A stretch of DNA of 51,846 nt. It comes from Stramenopiles sp. TOSAG23-2 (Eukaryota). The notes beneath the pieces were generated by a model. That model worked only from the letters and a program-made list of their open reading frames with translations, made no database searches and was not told the origin of the DNA. Positions 1-10,233 of this stretch are shown here, piece by piece. The translations under genes and the position numbers were made by a program. Within the stretch, counting starts at the first letter, position 1, and each line of letters opens with the position of its first letter. The stretch covers positions 1 to 51,846 of the forward strand of contig LT649266.1 of the NCBI GenBank assembly GCA_900128395.1. The letters run 5' to 3'.

Positions 1-2
1 AA

Positions 3-170
3 GGCAATGGTGAATATAAGTGGGTAGATGGTGCTACATATACCGGTGAGTGGCACCAAAATAAAATGCATGGTAAAGGTGTATTTATTGATCCAGAGGA
101 AGTACGTTGGGAAGGTAAATTTCATAATGGAAAATATTATAATGGTAGATGCTATGTCACATTACGTTAA
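3..170 (+). CDS. MORN-repeat protein, 3' end only (runs off window start)
   Basis: Manual translation of frame 3: GNGEYKWVDGATYTGEWHQNKMHGKGVFIDPEEVRWEGKFHNGKYYNGRCYVTLR*. This matches the MORN pattern YxGxWxxxxxHGxG. Confidence 0.85.
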   Translation, partial: GNGEYKWVDGATYTGEWHQNKMHGKGVFIDPEEVRWEGKFHNGKYYNGRCYVTLR

Positions 171-660
171 GCATCTATGTGTTATTATTGTCTATTTGTA
201 GCATGCGTGATATAAAGTTAGGATGTATATATATATATATATATATATCAATATCGTACATAACGAAAAATCTAAAAAATATTTGTTTACTAACTTTTTT
301 GAAGTGTGTGTTGTTTAAATGTAAAAAAAAAAAAGAGAGAGGAAAAGTTTGTTTTATTAGCAGGATGTAATATGAGACAGAATGAAAATATGATGGTATA
401 TATATGTAATGCCAGAATTCTAATATGCATAAAATATAAAAGGGAGAGGTAAAGGAAACAGGTGGGGCGTGGTGTTTAAAAAACTTTCTGCTCTGTATAT
501 AAGATATATAATATATCATATCTATTAATATTTTTAATATTTATAAAATAAAATAATTTCTTTTATTTAAAAATAAGATGTATTAATAATTATATTTATC
601 GATCATACAGTACATGCACTCTCTCTCATACTCACTTCACACCTCATCCCCAACATCATT

Positions 661-1719
661 TTATGGCCATAACCAAAATTGTTTTTTATATAAAACAATT
701 AAACATAATAAGAAATTACAACATGAATGTACAATAATACAATTGAGTACATTCCCACCCATCCCAATACCATTATTATTAGTAGAGGAGAACAAAATGA
801 TATGCAATACCATACCCTTCACAATTCCTGGTAATATAGAAATTAAATAATGTTTCTTATCAACTTTTTTATCTGCATTATATGCATTGAATAATAACGA
901 TGTGATCAATGCAATTAATAGATTACCATGTCTACTTCCAACAATATATGTTATATATCCATTTCCTCCTTCGTTTAAAAAGATAATATTCATACGATGA
1001 TAAAAAAACATTCGAAATAACATTTCATCACATATTGGTAAAATAATAGATGCTTGTATTATTTTACATACAATCGATACAGTCACAATCATTGAATAAC
1101 TTTTATTATTTGTAATAAATGCTTGATATGGATTGTACATTGATGTTTCTTTTTGATGTTTATATGGTTCTCCTAATACAAAAGTACGATATAAATGAAG
1201 AAATAAAAACAAAGCAAAACCAATTGTGATACAATTAAATAGACCGATACCATTGTTAATATAGTTTTTCTTGCTTAATAATAATTCATCAATAGTAAAC
1301 ATATATTGAAGTTGATATAATATTATAAATATAATACTATTAAAACAACATTTCAAAATTTGTGAAAAACATTTATGTGCTTGTTCTGAGTCGGAACATA
1401 GATTAATATTATCTTCATACGTTCTATTGACAACTCTCATTGCAAGTGGTGATGATACTATTCCTACCATGACAGCAACGAATTGTGGCAATATTGTTTT
1501 AAATAAATCTACATCTTCTGATTTATGCGTTCCATTTATATAATCATATAATGCTGAAACACAACTAATAAGGGCATAAAAATTAAATATTAATGTTATT
1601 AAATGTAAAATACCACCTATTATACCTTTTTCTTTTAATTTTTCAATTTCATCATGTCTACCTTTTTTACTAGTATCATTTGTATTCTTATCGTTCTTTT
1701 TATTTAATCGTTGTCTCAT
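661..1719 (-). CDS. CPBP/CAAX-protease (Rce1-like) family multi-pass membrane protein
   Basis: Several hydrophobic segments; PICDEMLFR resembles the EExxFR motif and the C-terminal HSCCN resembles HxxxN. Confidence 0.6.
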   Translation of the reverse strand: MRQRLNKKNDKNTNDTSKKGRHDEIEKLKEKGIIGGILHLITLIFNFYALISCVSALYDYINGTHKSEDVDLFKTILPQFVAVMVGIVSSPLAMRVVNRTYEDNINLCSDSEQAHKCFSQILKCCFNSIIFIILYQLQYMFTIDELLLSKKNYINNGIGLFNCITIGFALFLFLHLYRTFVLGEPYKHQKETSMYNPYQAFITNNKSYSMIVTVSIVCKIIQASIILPICDEMLFRMFFYHRMNIIFLNEGGNGYITYIVGSRHGNLLIALITSLLFNAYNADKKVDKKHYLISILPGIVKGMVLHIILFSSTNNNGIGMGGNVLNCIIVHSCCNFLLCLIVLYKKQFWLWP

Positions 1720-1969
1720 TTTTTTTTTGTTATCTATATGTTTTTGTTTTTGTTTGTTTTCTATTGTGTTGTCATTTTTCTTCTTTTTTATTTGTTGTTA
1801 GTTGTCGTAATAATGAGAGATAAAATCATAAAATCCTCTCGTTTTATACAAATAGAAGAAATATAGAAATATAGAAATATAAAAGTAATAAAGGAAAAAT
1901 GATAAATGTGGAAAAATAAAAACAACTAAAAAAACTGCATACATTGTAGTAATAAAATTAACGTAAAGA

Positions 1970-2635
1970 ATGCCACCAACAGTATTCATCGTCGGTGCAA
2001 GTCGTGGAATTGGTAAAGGACTTGTTGATGTCTTTCATAAAGCAGGATGGAGTGTACACGCAACAATAAGAAATACTAATGTTACATTTCCGTCTAATGT
2101 TGTTACTCATTTAATGGATGTTGAAAATGAAGATCAAATACAATCAGTAGCAAATAGTGCAAAATTGTATAATGTGCCTAGTATTGATTTATTTATACAC
2201 AATGCTGGAGTAAAACCATCTGATTCGATCTCCGATGCACAATGTCTCAATATTAATACGGAAGGTCCATTTCGTGTTATCAATGCGTTTATGAAAAAAA
2301 TCACAGATACAGAAAGTCAAAAAAAAGTATGTATTATAACTTCAAAATTAGGATCTCGCGAAAGATTCGGTGGAGGAAAAACACCAAGGGATACCTATGG
2401 AAAAAGTAAATGTTATTTAAATGATAAATTTCGCAAAGTGGAACCAGAATGGAGAAAACATGGGGTACAAAGTATTGTGTTACATCCAGGATGGGTCGTA
2501 ACAGATATGGGTGGCACATCTGCACCAACCTCGATTGAAGAATCTGCAAATGGTATATATAAAGTTTGCGTCACTATGAATTCAGATTATTGTGGAAAAT
2601 TTTATACATTTGAAGGAAAGGAACATCCATGGTAA
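1970..2635 (+). CDS. Short-chain dehydrogenase/reductase, C-factor (CsgA)-like
   Basis: GASRGIG NAD(P)-binding motif, HNAG, catalytic YGKSK, HPGWVVTDMGG and the C-terminal GKF...PW. Confidence 0.92.
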   Translation: MPPTVFIVGASRGIGKGLVDVFHKAGWSVHATIRNTNVTFPSNVVTHLMDVENEDQIQSVANSAKLYNVPSIDLFIHNAGVKPSDSISDAQCLNINTEGPFRVINAFMKKITDTESQKKVCIITSKLGSRERFGGGKTPRDTYGKSKCYLNDKFRKVEPEWRKHGVQSIVLHPGWVVTDMGGTSAPTSIEESANGIYKVCVTMNSDYCGKFYTFEGKEHPW

Positions 2636-3334
2636 AAGATTTTTGAATTTAGTGTGTGCAGTAAGTGTTGTTGTGGGAAGAGATGTGCATGAAAAGTAAA
2701 AATATGTGTGTGTGTTGTGTGTGTGTGGTAGAAATTAATTATGTTTTGTTTGTTTCTTTCAATGTAGTTTAAATTGCTTTCTACAGATGATTGATACAGT
2801 TTGCTATCAATATATTTTTTTCAAAGAAGAGAAAAGGAACTGACTTTCATGGATGATTGTCGTATTTTGTCCACCTGGCCACGGCCACGCTATCAAATGT
2901 TCAATAATTTATACTTGAAAGGGTAAATTAGAATATCAACAAAAAAACTCATCATCGATTTTCTAAAATCTTATCAAATGGCACACAATGACTATTAATA
3001 CAAAATTATTAAGTAGTAAAATTCTAATACCAGTTTAAGTATAATTATGAATATTTTGATAGGTATTTTAGTGATTTCCATTTTCTCATTTTCACACATT
3101 TCTTCCTGAAAATTGATAAATATTTCCGCAAAAATGATTGATTTTACATACTTTCCAATCAAATAGTCTATCAAGTATAATATGTTAAAATAGCACTGAA
3201 TAGGATTGTTTTTACATATTAAACGTCTTTTGACACATTAAACGACTGTGGCACTGCATTTAAAATTTCTTATTTAACTGTACCGGCCTAATAGCCACAG
3301 GTAAAATTCTAGGCTGCCTATAAGCTAGATGATA

Positions 3335-3818
3335 GGCTGCCGATTTCGATGGTGATGGCGACATGGATGTGGTGTATGCGCGTATCTCTGGTCTATATGG
3401 AGACGTAAAATGGTTTGAAAATACAGATGGAAGAGGTACATTTGGTTCTCCTAAGACTATTATCGCAAGCATGCGTAAAATGTATAAAGTCCATGCTGCG
3501 GATATAGATGGTGATGGTGATATGGATCTGTTAACCACATCTGAAAGAGAAAACAAACTACTTTGGTCTGAGAATACAGATGGAAAAGGGACATTTAGTG
3601 CTCCGAAGTTAATAGATGATACAGAACGCTCCCCTGTATTTGTGCATGCTGCGGATATTGATGGCGATGGCGATATGGATGTGTTAAGTAGAAATAATGA
3701 TGAAATAGCGTGGTATGAAAATAAAGATGGAAAAGGGACTTTTAGCGCCCATAAGACAATTGCCTCGGACGCGGGAAAGGCATATTCCGTGTATGCTGCC
3801 GATATCGATGGTGATTGA
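3335..3818 (+). pseudogene. FG-GAP/VCBS-repeat protein fragment
   Basis: Four (A)ADxDGDGD(MD) Ca-binding repeats alternate with W(F/Y/S)ENxDGxGTF. The frame opens right after an in-frame TAG with no signal peptide and stops mid-repeat. Confidence 0.7.
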
Positions 3819-4287
3819 TAAAAGAGTAGAAAAGACGAAAATAGTTCCTATGTCTAATGATGAATCATCGAGAGAGAAGGCAGAGAAAGCTTGGGAGGTC
3901 AAACAATAAAAATAAAATGTGGGGTGTATTTTTGATTTTATGTCCATATGCGAGAAAAAACGCTTGGAAAGAGGAGTGAAAGTGTTTTGTTGTTGTTGTT
4001 TTAAAATTTATAACAAAAAAAAATAAAAGACTCATTAATATTTTTAATATTTTATACACAGAGATATTATTTAAATTACGAAAATTGTGTTACGTTCTTT
4101 CACGTTTTTTTGGTCATGTCTTGGATTTAGAATGGACACAGCAGGTACTACAAAATAAAACTACACATCAGTATTGAAAAATGAACCATTTATTGGAAAT
4201 CTGCGCCGAACAACTCCGAATCCTGGGCTGGCTGGGCTGGGCTAGCTCTAGCTAGAGCTAGCTCCTAGCTAGCTCTAGTCTAGCAGA

Positions 4288-4625
4288 TAGGGCTGATGGA
4301 ATGGGGACATTCGAGGCGGGCGGCGGGCAGATCGTGGGGACGCAAATGGGGATTTTACATAGAAATATCATTAATCCCTAACTATCCCAATGCTAAATGA
4401 TATGTCAATAAACTAAAAATGATAGGTGGGGACACTGGTTTTACTTTACATTTTGAGGTCAAAGGTACAAAAAAATCCACAAAAGTAATTATGATAGGTT
4501 AAAAAAAGAATATAACTTTTACAAAATAAGTAAGGAGAAATTTGAGCCCGGGCGGCTGGCAGATGTCCCCAAAATATGTGTCCCCAAAGCAAATTGTGGG
4601 GAAAATCCCCATTCCATCAGCCCTA
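4288..4625. mobile_element. Non-autonomous hAT-type MITE (338 bp)
   Basis: Perfect 20-bp TIRs TAGGGCTGATGGAATGGGGA (4288-4307; reverse complement 4606-4625) and an 8-bp TSD CTAGCAGA (4280-4287, 4626-4633). Subterminal GGGGAC/GTCCCC motifs are present and there is no transposase. Confidence 0.92.
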
Positions 4626-5692
4626 CTAGCAGATAGCCGCTTTCTGGCCGCCTTAGCCTTATTACTGTACTGTCCTGTATGTAGGATGTAGGTAGCTCAA
4701 ATGCCAAATGTGTACACATTATTGGACTTATGGTTTCACAGAACTCTTATTAATAATAATGTTGCTAATCTCATATTTTACATCACATAGCCATGAGGAT
4801 ATATATTGTATGTGAAATAACTAACTGACGTAGATACGTATAGATATATGGATTCAATAGATAAATATTATATATTCTTTTTCCTCTGTCGTCTGTGGTA
4901 TTATAGATTAATTTTTAGTGCATTACACACACATACTTTTCTTCTCTGGTAATAAATAATTACATATACATAATTATAACAAAAGAAATAGACCTTCGTT
5001 TATATTATGAGTAACCATACAATAAATAAAACGGGATCCATCATACCATGTTATCTACTGAAGAAGATGATGATATAAGTGACGTTTCAAGTAGTAGTAG
5101 TAGTAACAGTGAGGATGATCCAGATGAGAAGCAAAATGGGTCAAACGTTGTAAATCCATTAGCAAATGTTCGTAACTTAGCATAAGAAGAAGCTACTGAT
5201 ATAATTAAAACTAAATTTTAACTTTTGTTCTCGCATAAATTTTAAAAGTTATATACCACACGAAAGAAGTATTAAAAAAAAACCATTTTGTTGTCAAAAA
5301 TCTGTTTAAGCTTTAACATAAAAATATCCTCTGAAAAAAGGGGTTGTGCTATATGCTATATACGTATTCGTGCATTCCAGCATTCCTGGCATTCTGGCAT
5401 TCCAGGTTCCTCTCTGGTTCCAGGTGTGACTAAATGAAGTTAAGGTGTACACGGTATACATAAAAAAAAGTGTGAGAAGAAGAAGGAACAACCACAGGTG
5501 TGTGTGTGTGTGTGTAATAATTTTTAATCTTACACCTTACAAAAATGTTTTATCATTTTCCTAATACTGTATAGTGTTATTTTATTTATACTAGCTCTAT
5601 ATTAATACTAGTAAAAATGTGTAATATTACACACACGAATATTTATAATCAAGATATGATATTTATTATGTTTTTTTTATATTTTTTTACTT

Positions 5693-8617
5693 TTATTTAC
5701 TACTCTCTGCTTCTTTTGCAGATGGCCCTTTCTTTTGCTCACTAGTAATTCTATCTCCTAATGACAAAGCTATGCCTTGAGTTTTACTACGTATACGTAT
5801 TGCTCCAATAACTCTGGAAGTAACAGTTTTGCCATTTGGCACTTGTATACATTCCACACTTACATTAATAAGTGCATCTTCACCAAAAATACTTCTTGCG
5901 TACAAATTTGCTGCTAAGAAATTACATTCGCCACCAATCGCTTTTGGTGGTGTCAAGCAATTCATGTTTGTAATTGACATGATATGCGTTAAATACTCGT
6001 GTAAATCGTCCATTGATGTATTGACCGTTACCTTATTTTCCCATTCAAATTCAGCCCACATGGAACGGAATTTTGCTTCTGTGCACGTAGCTGGTTTGAT
6101 GTAATCCATAATATCAACACGTATATCATGTAAATTTAACACTGTATTTTCTGCTCTTGTTGAAGAGTCAAAGACAATATTTCCGAAAATATGGCCAGTT
6201 TCCGTGGAGGAAACTTTAATATTTGTCTTCACCGTTTTTCTATCATGGGGACCAAGCGTAAATGCTGCTGGCCTTTCAACAATTTTCAAATCACCCATTG
6301 TTGCTAATTCAATTGTAATATTTGTCAATGTTTGCGGTGTACGATTCATAACTAATACTTCAATGACGATATCATAATCAAGTACTGTGACATATGCTTC
6401 AGCATATATCGGATCTGCAAATCCTGTCAATTGGAATACTTTTTTCAAACGCTCCCTGAAATCAGAAAATCTACCAACTTGTTCACCAGTTGCTTTACTA
6501 ATATCTGCTTCATCATCCAAATCTACTTCTTTTGCACCGATCAAACGTCGCTCTCTTAATTGTCTAAAACTAATCAATGAATCTGCTTGTGACACAACTT
6601 TGGTCACTCCATCCTCATCTTCATCGTCATCGTTTCCAGTGCCGCCAGCAGATGCATCTTTATTTGCACGGCGATCTTTTACCATTTCATCAAAACATAT
6701 GCCACAATCATCAATAAAATTATTCCTCAATGCATTGGATGCATTTGGATCACCTAATACACGTAACCATAGTACTATACGATCAAATGCATCTTGATCC
6801 ATTCGTTTAGATGAATTTAATAATAATTGACCAAGCTTTACCATACTGCACATGGTCAACATGGTATGAACTTGCAATCGTTTTACATCGTTGGTATCAT
6901 ATCCACCTTTCATTGCACCAAGATTAAGTATCATTTTTGACAATGCTGCACATAATGATGTAGCAACGAAGAAATTTCCTTCAACAACCATAGTACGCAA
7001 TGGTGTTGAATCGTCCATCCCTGAATCATCATTATTAGATGAGACGCTTGGCAACGATGTTTGCGTAGCATAAGTGCCATCAGCTAATACAGTCACCGTA
7101 GTGCGAGGTGTATCATCAACGACAGCATCGTTATTATTGTTATTATTATCATCAGAAACTTTTGGTAACAATGGTAATGGACCAAGTGCATCAGATATTA
7201 CACTAAAATTTTGTAAGATCAGTTCTTCCGTAGTACTGTATTCACCAAAAATCCACAAAATAGCACGCATAACATCAGCATTTTTAACTACTGAGATGGA
7301 AACACTCAATTGTTCTAAAATATTTCCTTGCAAATCGCTATATTCTTTCATAATCTCCCGTATGAACAAAATGACTTCCAAACCACCTTCGCTGCTTAAA
7401 AATTCCAATAGAACAGGCACGACAGTTTTTGCAACGGTTGGAAAACGTACAGCAATACTATGTATGGCACGTACTAATAATTGTCTAAATCGTCCAGAAT
7501 TATCAATGGAAGAATCTTGCGTTTTCATCAATTCTTTCTTCAATAATAATACAACTTCATCCACATTTTTCACCGATACTAAACCTAACACGATACTCAT
7601 TGTTTTCGCGCATATATCCATATTTGGACTAGCTAATGCACGTGAAATATCCATCGTATGCTCTTGCACTAATTTTTTATGTTGCTTCGTAAGTTTTGCT
7701 AAACGATCTAAAATGATCAATTTAATATTATTATCCGAGCGATTGCTAGTTAACAACCTGGCATATGTACCAGCTGCTGCACGAACTGCAGTAGCAGCGC
7801 TTGATAATGATACAAGTGTCCATGCCGCTTCATATGAAACTGCATGTGAATCATTATTTAATAAATTATACACTGTCATGATAAATCTGCTTTTTTGTGT
7901 TATATCTTCCCTGCAAACTTTTCTAACTAGTTCCAATACGACTAATTGAAATCCATCACCAAATTTAGTAATTGAATCTTCATTTTCTGCTAAATAATCC
8001 ATAGCACGTGCCGTATCGCATTGAAACAACATGAGGAAACCATTTCGTCTTGCACTGGTATCGCTTTCGCTTTTTAAAAAATTCTCAACGTCCTCTGGTG
8101 CATCTGGCAGCAACTCTGGGAATGCCTTGTACATGCTATAGATACATAACACAGCATTTCTACGTACGTATGCTACACGATGATCTAAATTTTCTTTAAT
8201 TGCTGGAATTAAAGGTTCAATCAACTCCACTTCCTTTAACTTGCATAAAAATCGTAATGTAGACCCACGTACAAACTCATTTGGATGTACTAAATCATTA
8301 CGTATAGCATTGCATACCAATATCATCTCTGTTTTTAATTTGCCATTATCATCGTATTTTTTGACAATTTCCCAATATACGTATAGCAATTTTTTCAATT
8401 GCTTATTGCGTGTATTAATGCAATAACGAATAACATGCATCATAGTATTTGAAGCTAATTTTTCACCTGAAATTAACATTAATATCAACGTTTTTATCGC
8501 TTCAATTTTATCTTTGTCATCGTTGCTTTCCATCAATACACGCAAATTATCAGCCGTTGATCCTTGCGATTTATTATATGCAATCAACACGGTACAATTT
8601 TCTTCCACACTTGACAT
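5693..8617 (-). CDS. COPB1: Coatomer subunit beta (beta-COP)
   Basis: 974-aa intronless ORF with EMILVCNAIRNDLVHPNEFVRGSTLRFL, QLTGFADPIYAEAYV, FRSMWAEFEWENKV and IRIRSKTQGIALSLGDRI. Confidence 0.98.
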   Translation of the reverse strand: MSSVEENCTVLIAYNKSQGSTADNLRVLMESNDDKDKIEAIKTLILMLISGEKLASNTMMHVIRYCINTRNKQLKKLLYVYWEIVKKYDDNGKLKTEMILVCNAIRNDLVHPNEFVRGSTLRFLCKLKEVELIEPLIPAIKENLDHRVAYVRRNAVLCIYSMYKAFPELLPDAPEDVENFLKSESDTSARRNGFLMLFQCDTARAMDYLAENEDSITKFGDGFQLVVLELVRKVCREDITQKSRFIMTVYNLLNNDSHAVSYEAAWTLVSLSSAATAVRAAAGTYARLLTSNRSDNNIKLIILDRLAKLTKQHKKLVQEHTMDISRALASPNMDICAKTMSIVLGLVSVKNVDEVVLLLKKELMKTQDSSIDNSGRFRQLLVRAIHSIAVRFPTVAKTVVPVLLEFLSSEGGLEVILFIREIMKEYSDLQGNILEQLSVSISVVKNADVMRAILWIFGEYSTTEELILQNFSVISDALGPLPLLPKVSDDNNNNNNDAVVDDTPRTTVTVLADGTYATQTSLPSVSSNNDDSGMDDSTPLRTMVVEGNFFVATSLCAALSKMILNLGAMKGGYDTNDVKRLQVHTMLTMCSMVKLGQLLLNSSKRMDQDAFDRIVLWLRVLGDPNASNALRNNFIDDCGICFDEMVKDRRANKDASAGGTGNDDDEDEDGVTKVVSQADSLISFRQLRERRLIGAKEVDLDDEADISKATGEQVGRFSDFRERLKKVFQLTGFADPIYAEAYVTVLDYDIVIEVLVMNRTPQTLTNITIELATMGDLKIVERPAAFTLGPHDRKTVKTNIKVSSTETGHIFGNIVFDSSTRAENTVLNLHDIRVDIMDYIKPATCTEAKFRSMWAEFEWENKVTVNTSMDDLHEYLTHIMSITNMNCLTPPKAIGGECNFLAANLYARSIFGEDALINVSVECIQVPNGKTVTSRVIGAIRIRSKTQGIALSLGDRITSEQKKGPSAKEAESSK

Positions 8618-9723
8618 TTTTGTAATTAATTAATATATATATATATATATGTTTTTATTTGTTTAAATTATAATGTGTCACACAGAGCCTCCCAAGAAAT
8701 TACCAAAAATAATGTATATATATTTATATATAATAAAATAGGAAAATATGTAGTAGATGGTTGGATACGACACTACTACGTATATATGTATATATAATGA
8801 AATATACTATGAAACGTATAGTTATTTGTAGGTAGGTATATCTTTCTGTATATTTACACTTCTACTACGTCTATATATGTTTGCATCATCATCTTGTATG
8901 GATCCATTCTAATTATTTCTTCTTCCCATCATTTATTCATTTTTATGTTGTTTATTTTTGTGATTATTATTATTGGTGGTGGATGAGGGATTTTTGAACT
9001 TGTCCTGGTATAGAAATAGCAGAGAGAGAGAAATAGCCTTCTGGCCTTTATAATATCCTAAATCCACTGCTAAATCCTTTTGCATCCTTTTCTCTCTGCA
9101 TCCTTGCTAACTTCTTTATCTTATCAAAAATTATATTATTAAGGTCTAATGTGTGCTGCCTGTGTGCTGCGTAAGTTAAAGTGTAATATTAAAATATTGT
9201 AGCTATAATTATTAGACGACTAACTATACTGGTTTTTGGTTTTTGGCACGGCAATCTGGCAAAGTTCCAATTTAAGCAGATGGATACCATTGGATAGCAT
9301 TTAAATATTTATGTATACTACCAACTACAATAACCCTCAATATCATTAGTAGCCAAATAGCATTGTAACTATCTTTAGTAAGCGAATAGCATTCCAGCAT
9401 GGGTGTAAGGTATATGGCCCAAAGAAGTTTTTTGTTATAGTAAGTACCACCAGGTAGTGTTGCAAGTATAAATTTAATACATATTTTAAATTATTATTTA
9501 TGAATAATTTATTATTTCAATTGTGCAATTATAAATCTAAATAAAAAAAAAGAAACAAAAGTAAAACAAAGAATTGTACCAGGTGTAGCGGGGATACACG
9601 TGTAGACGATATTGAAATTTGCCTTTTGGGCTTGACATTGCATCCTCATCGTCTTTCCACTTTCCTTTCTATCGTCTTCTTATTTTGTATATATATATAT
9701 ATTCACATAAACCAATATAAAGA

Positions 9724-10056
9724 ATGTCATCCATAATAAATAATGAACCGAATTTTAGGCAGGATTTAGAATTTGTATGTTGTTTAGCAAATCCACAATA
9801 TTTAAATTCATTAGCTACACAAGGATATTTTGATGATGAAGCATTTATACGGTATTTAAAATATCTATTATATTTCAAACGTCCTGAATATGTAAAATAT
9901 ATATTATTTCCACATTGTTTATTTTTCTTAGAATTATTACAAAATGAAAAATTTAGAGATAGTATGAAAGATCAATGGTTTGTTGAACGTGAAGTAATGA
10001 GTGCACAAGCAAGTCAATGGAGAGCATATGCAAAAGAATTGACAAAAACAAGTTAA
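9724..10056 (+). CDS. MED31: Mediator subunit 31 (Soh1)
   Basis: LEFVCCLANPQYLNSLA...FIRYLKYLLYFKRPEYVKYILFPHCLFFLELLQNEKFR is the MED31 core. Confidence 0.96.
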   Translation: MSSIINNEPNFRQDLEFVCCLANPQYLNSLATQGYFDDEAFIRYLKYLLYFKRPEYVKYILFPHCLFFLELLQNEKFRDSMKDQWFVEREVMSAQASQWRAYAKELTKTS

Positions 10057-10233
10057 AAGAGAGAGACGGGGGGGGGCTCACTCGTATTCACAAAAAGTTC
10101 CACAAAAGATGTACTATTTTTATTTTATATGATATTTTTATTTAAAAATTACGAGTATCTGATTCGTATATCTGTTTACATTTTGAAACGCGATATATTA
10201 TTATTTATATATATATGAGATAAATATCTCTCT

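Noticed and set aside
5048-5185. Short acidic ORF (MLSTEEDDD...VRNLA*)
   Set aside because: About 45 codons of low complexity; it may be a gene remnant but cannot be supported as a feature.
5829-8426. Plus-strand ORFs up to 291 aa inside beta-COP
   Set aside because: Antisense shadows of a highly conserved gene with no independent motifs. The same applies to antisense ORFs over IFRD, HAL, PhyH, DENR and the LRR gene.
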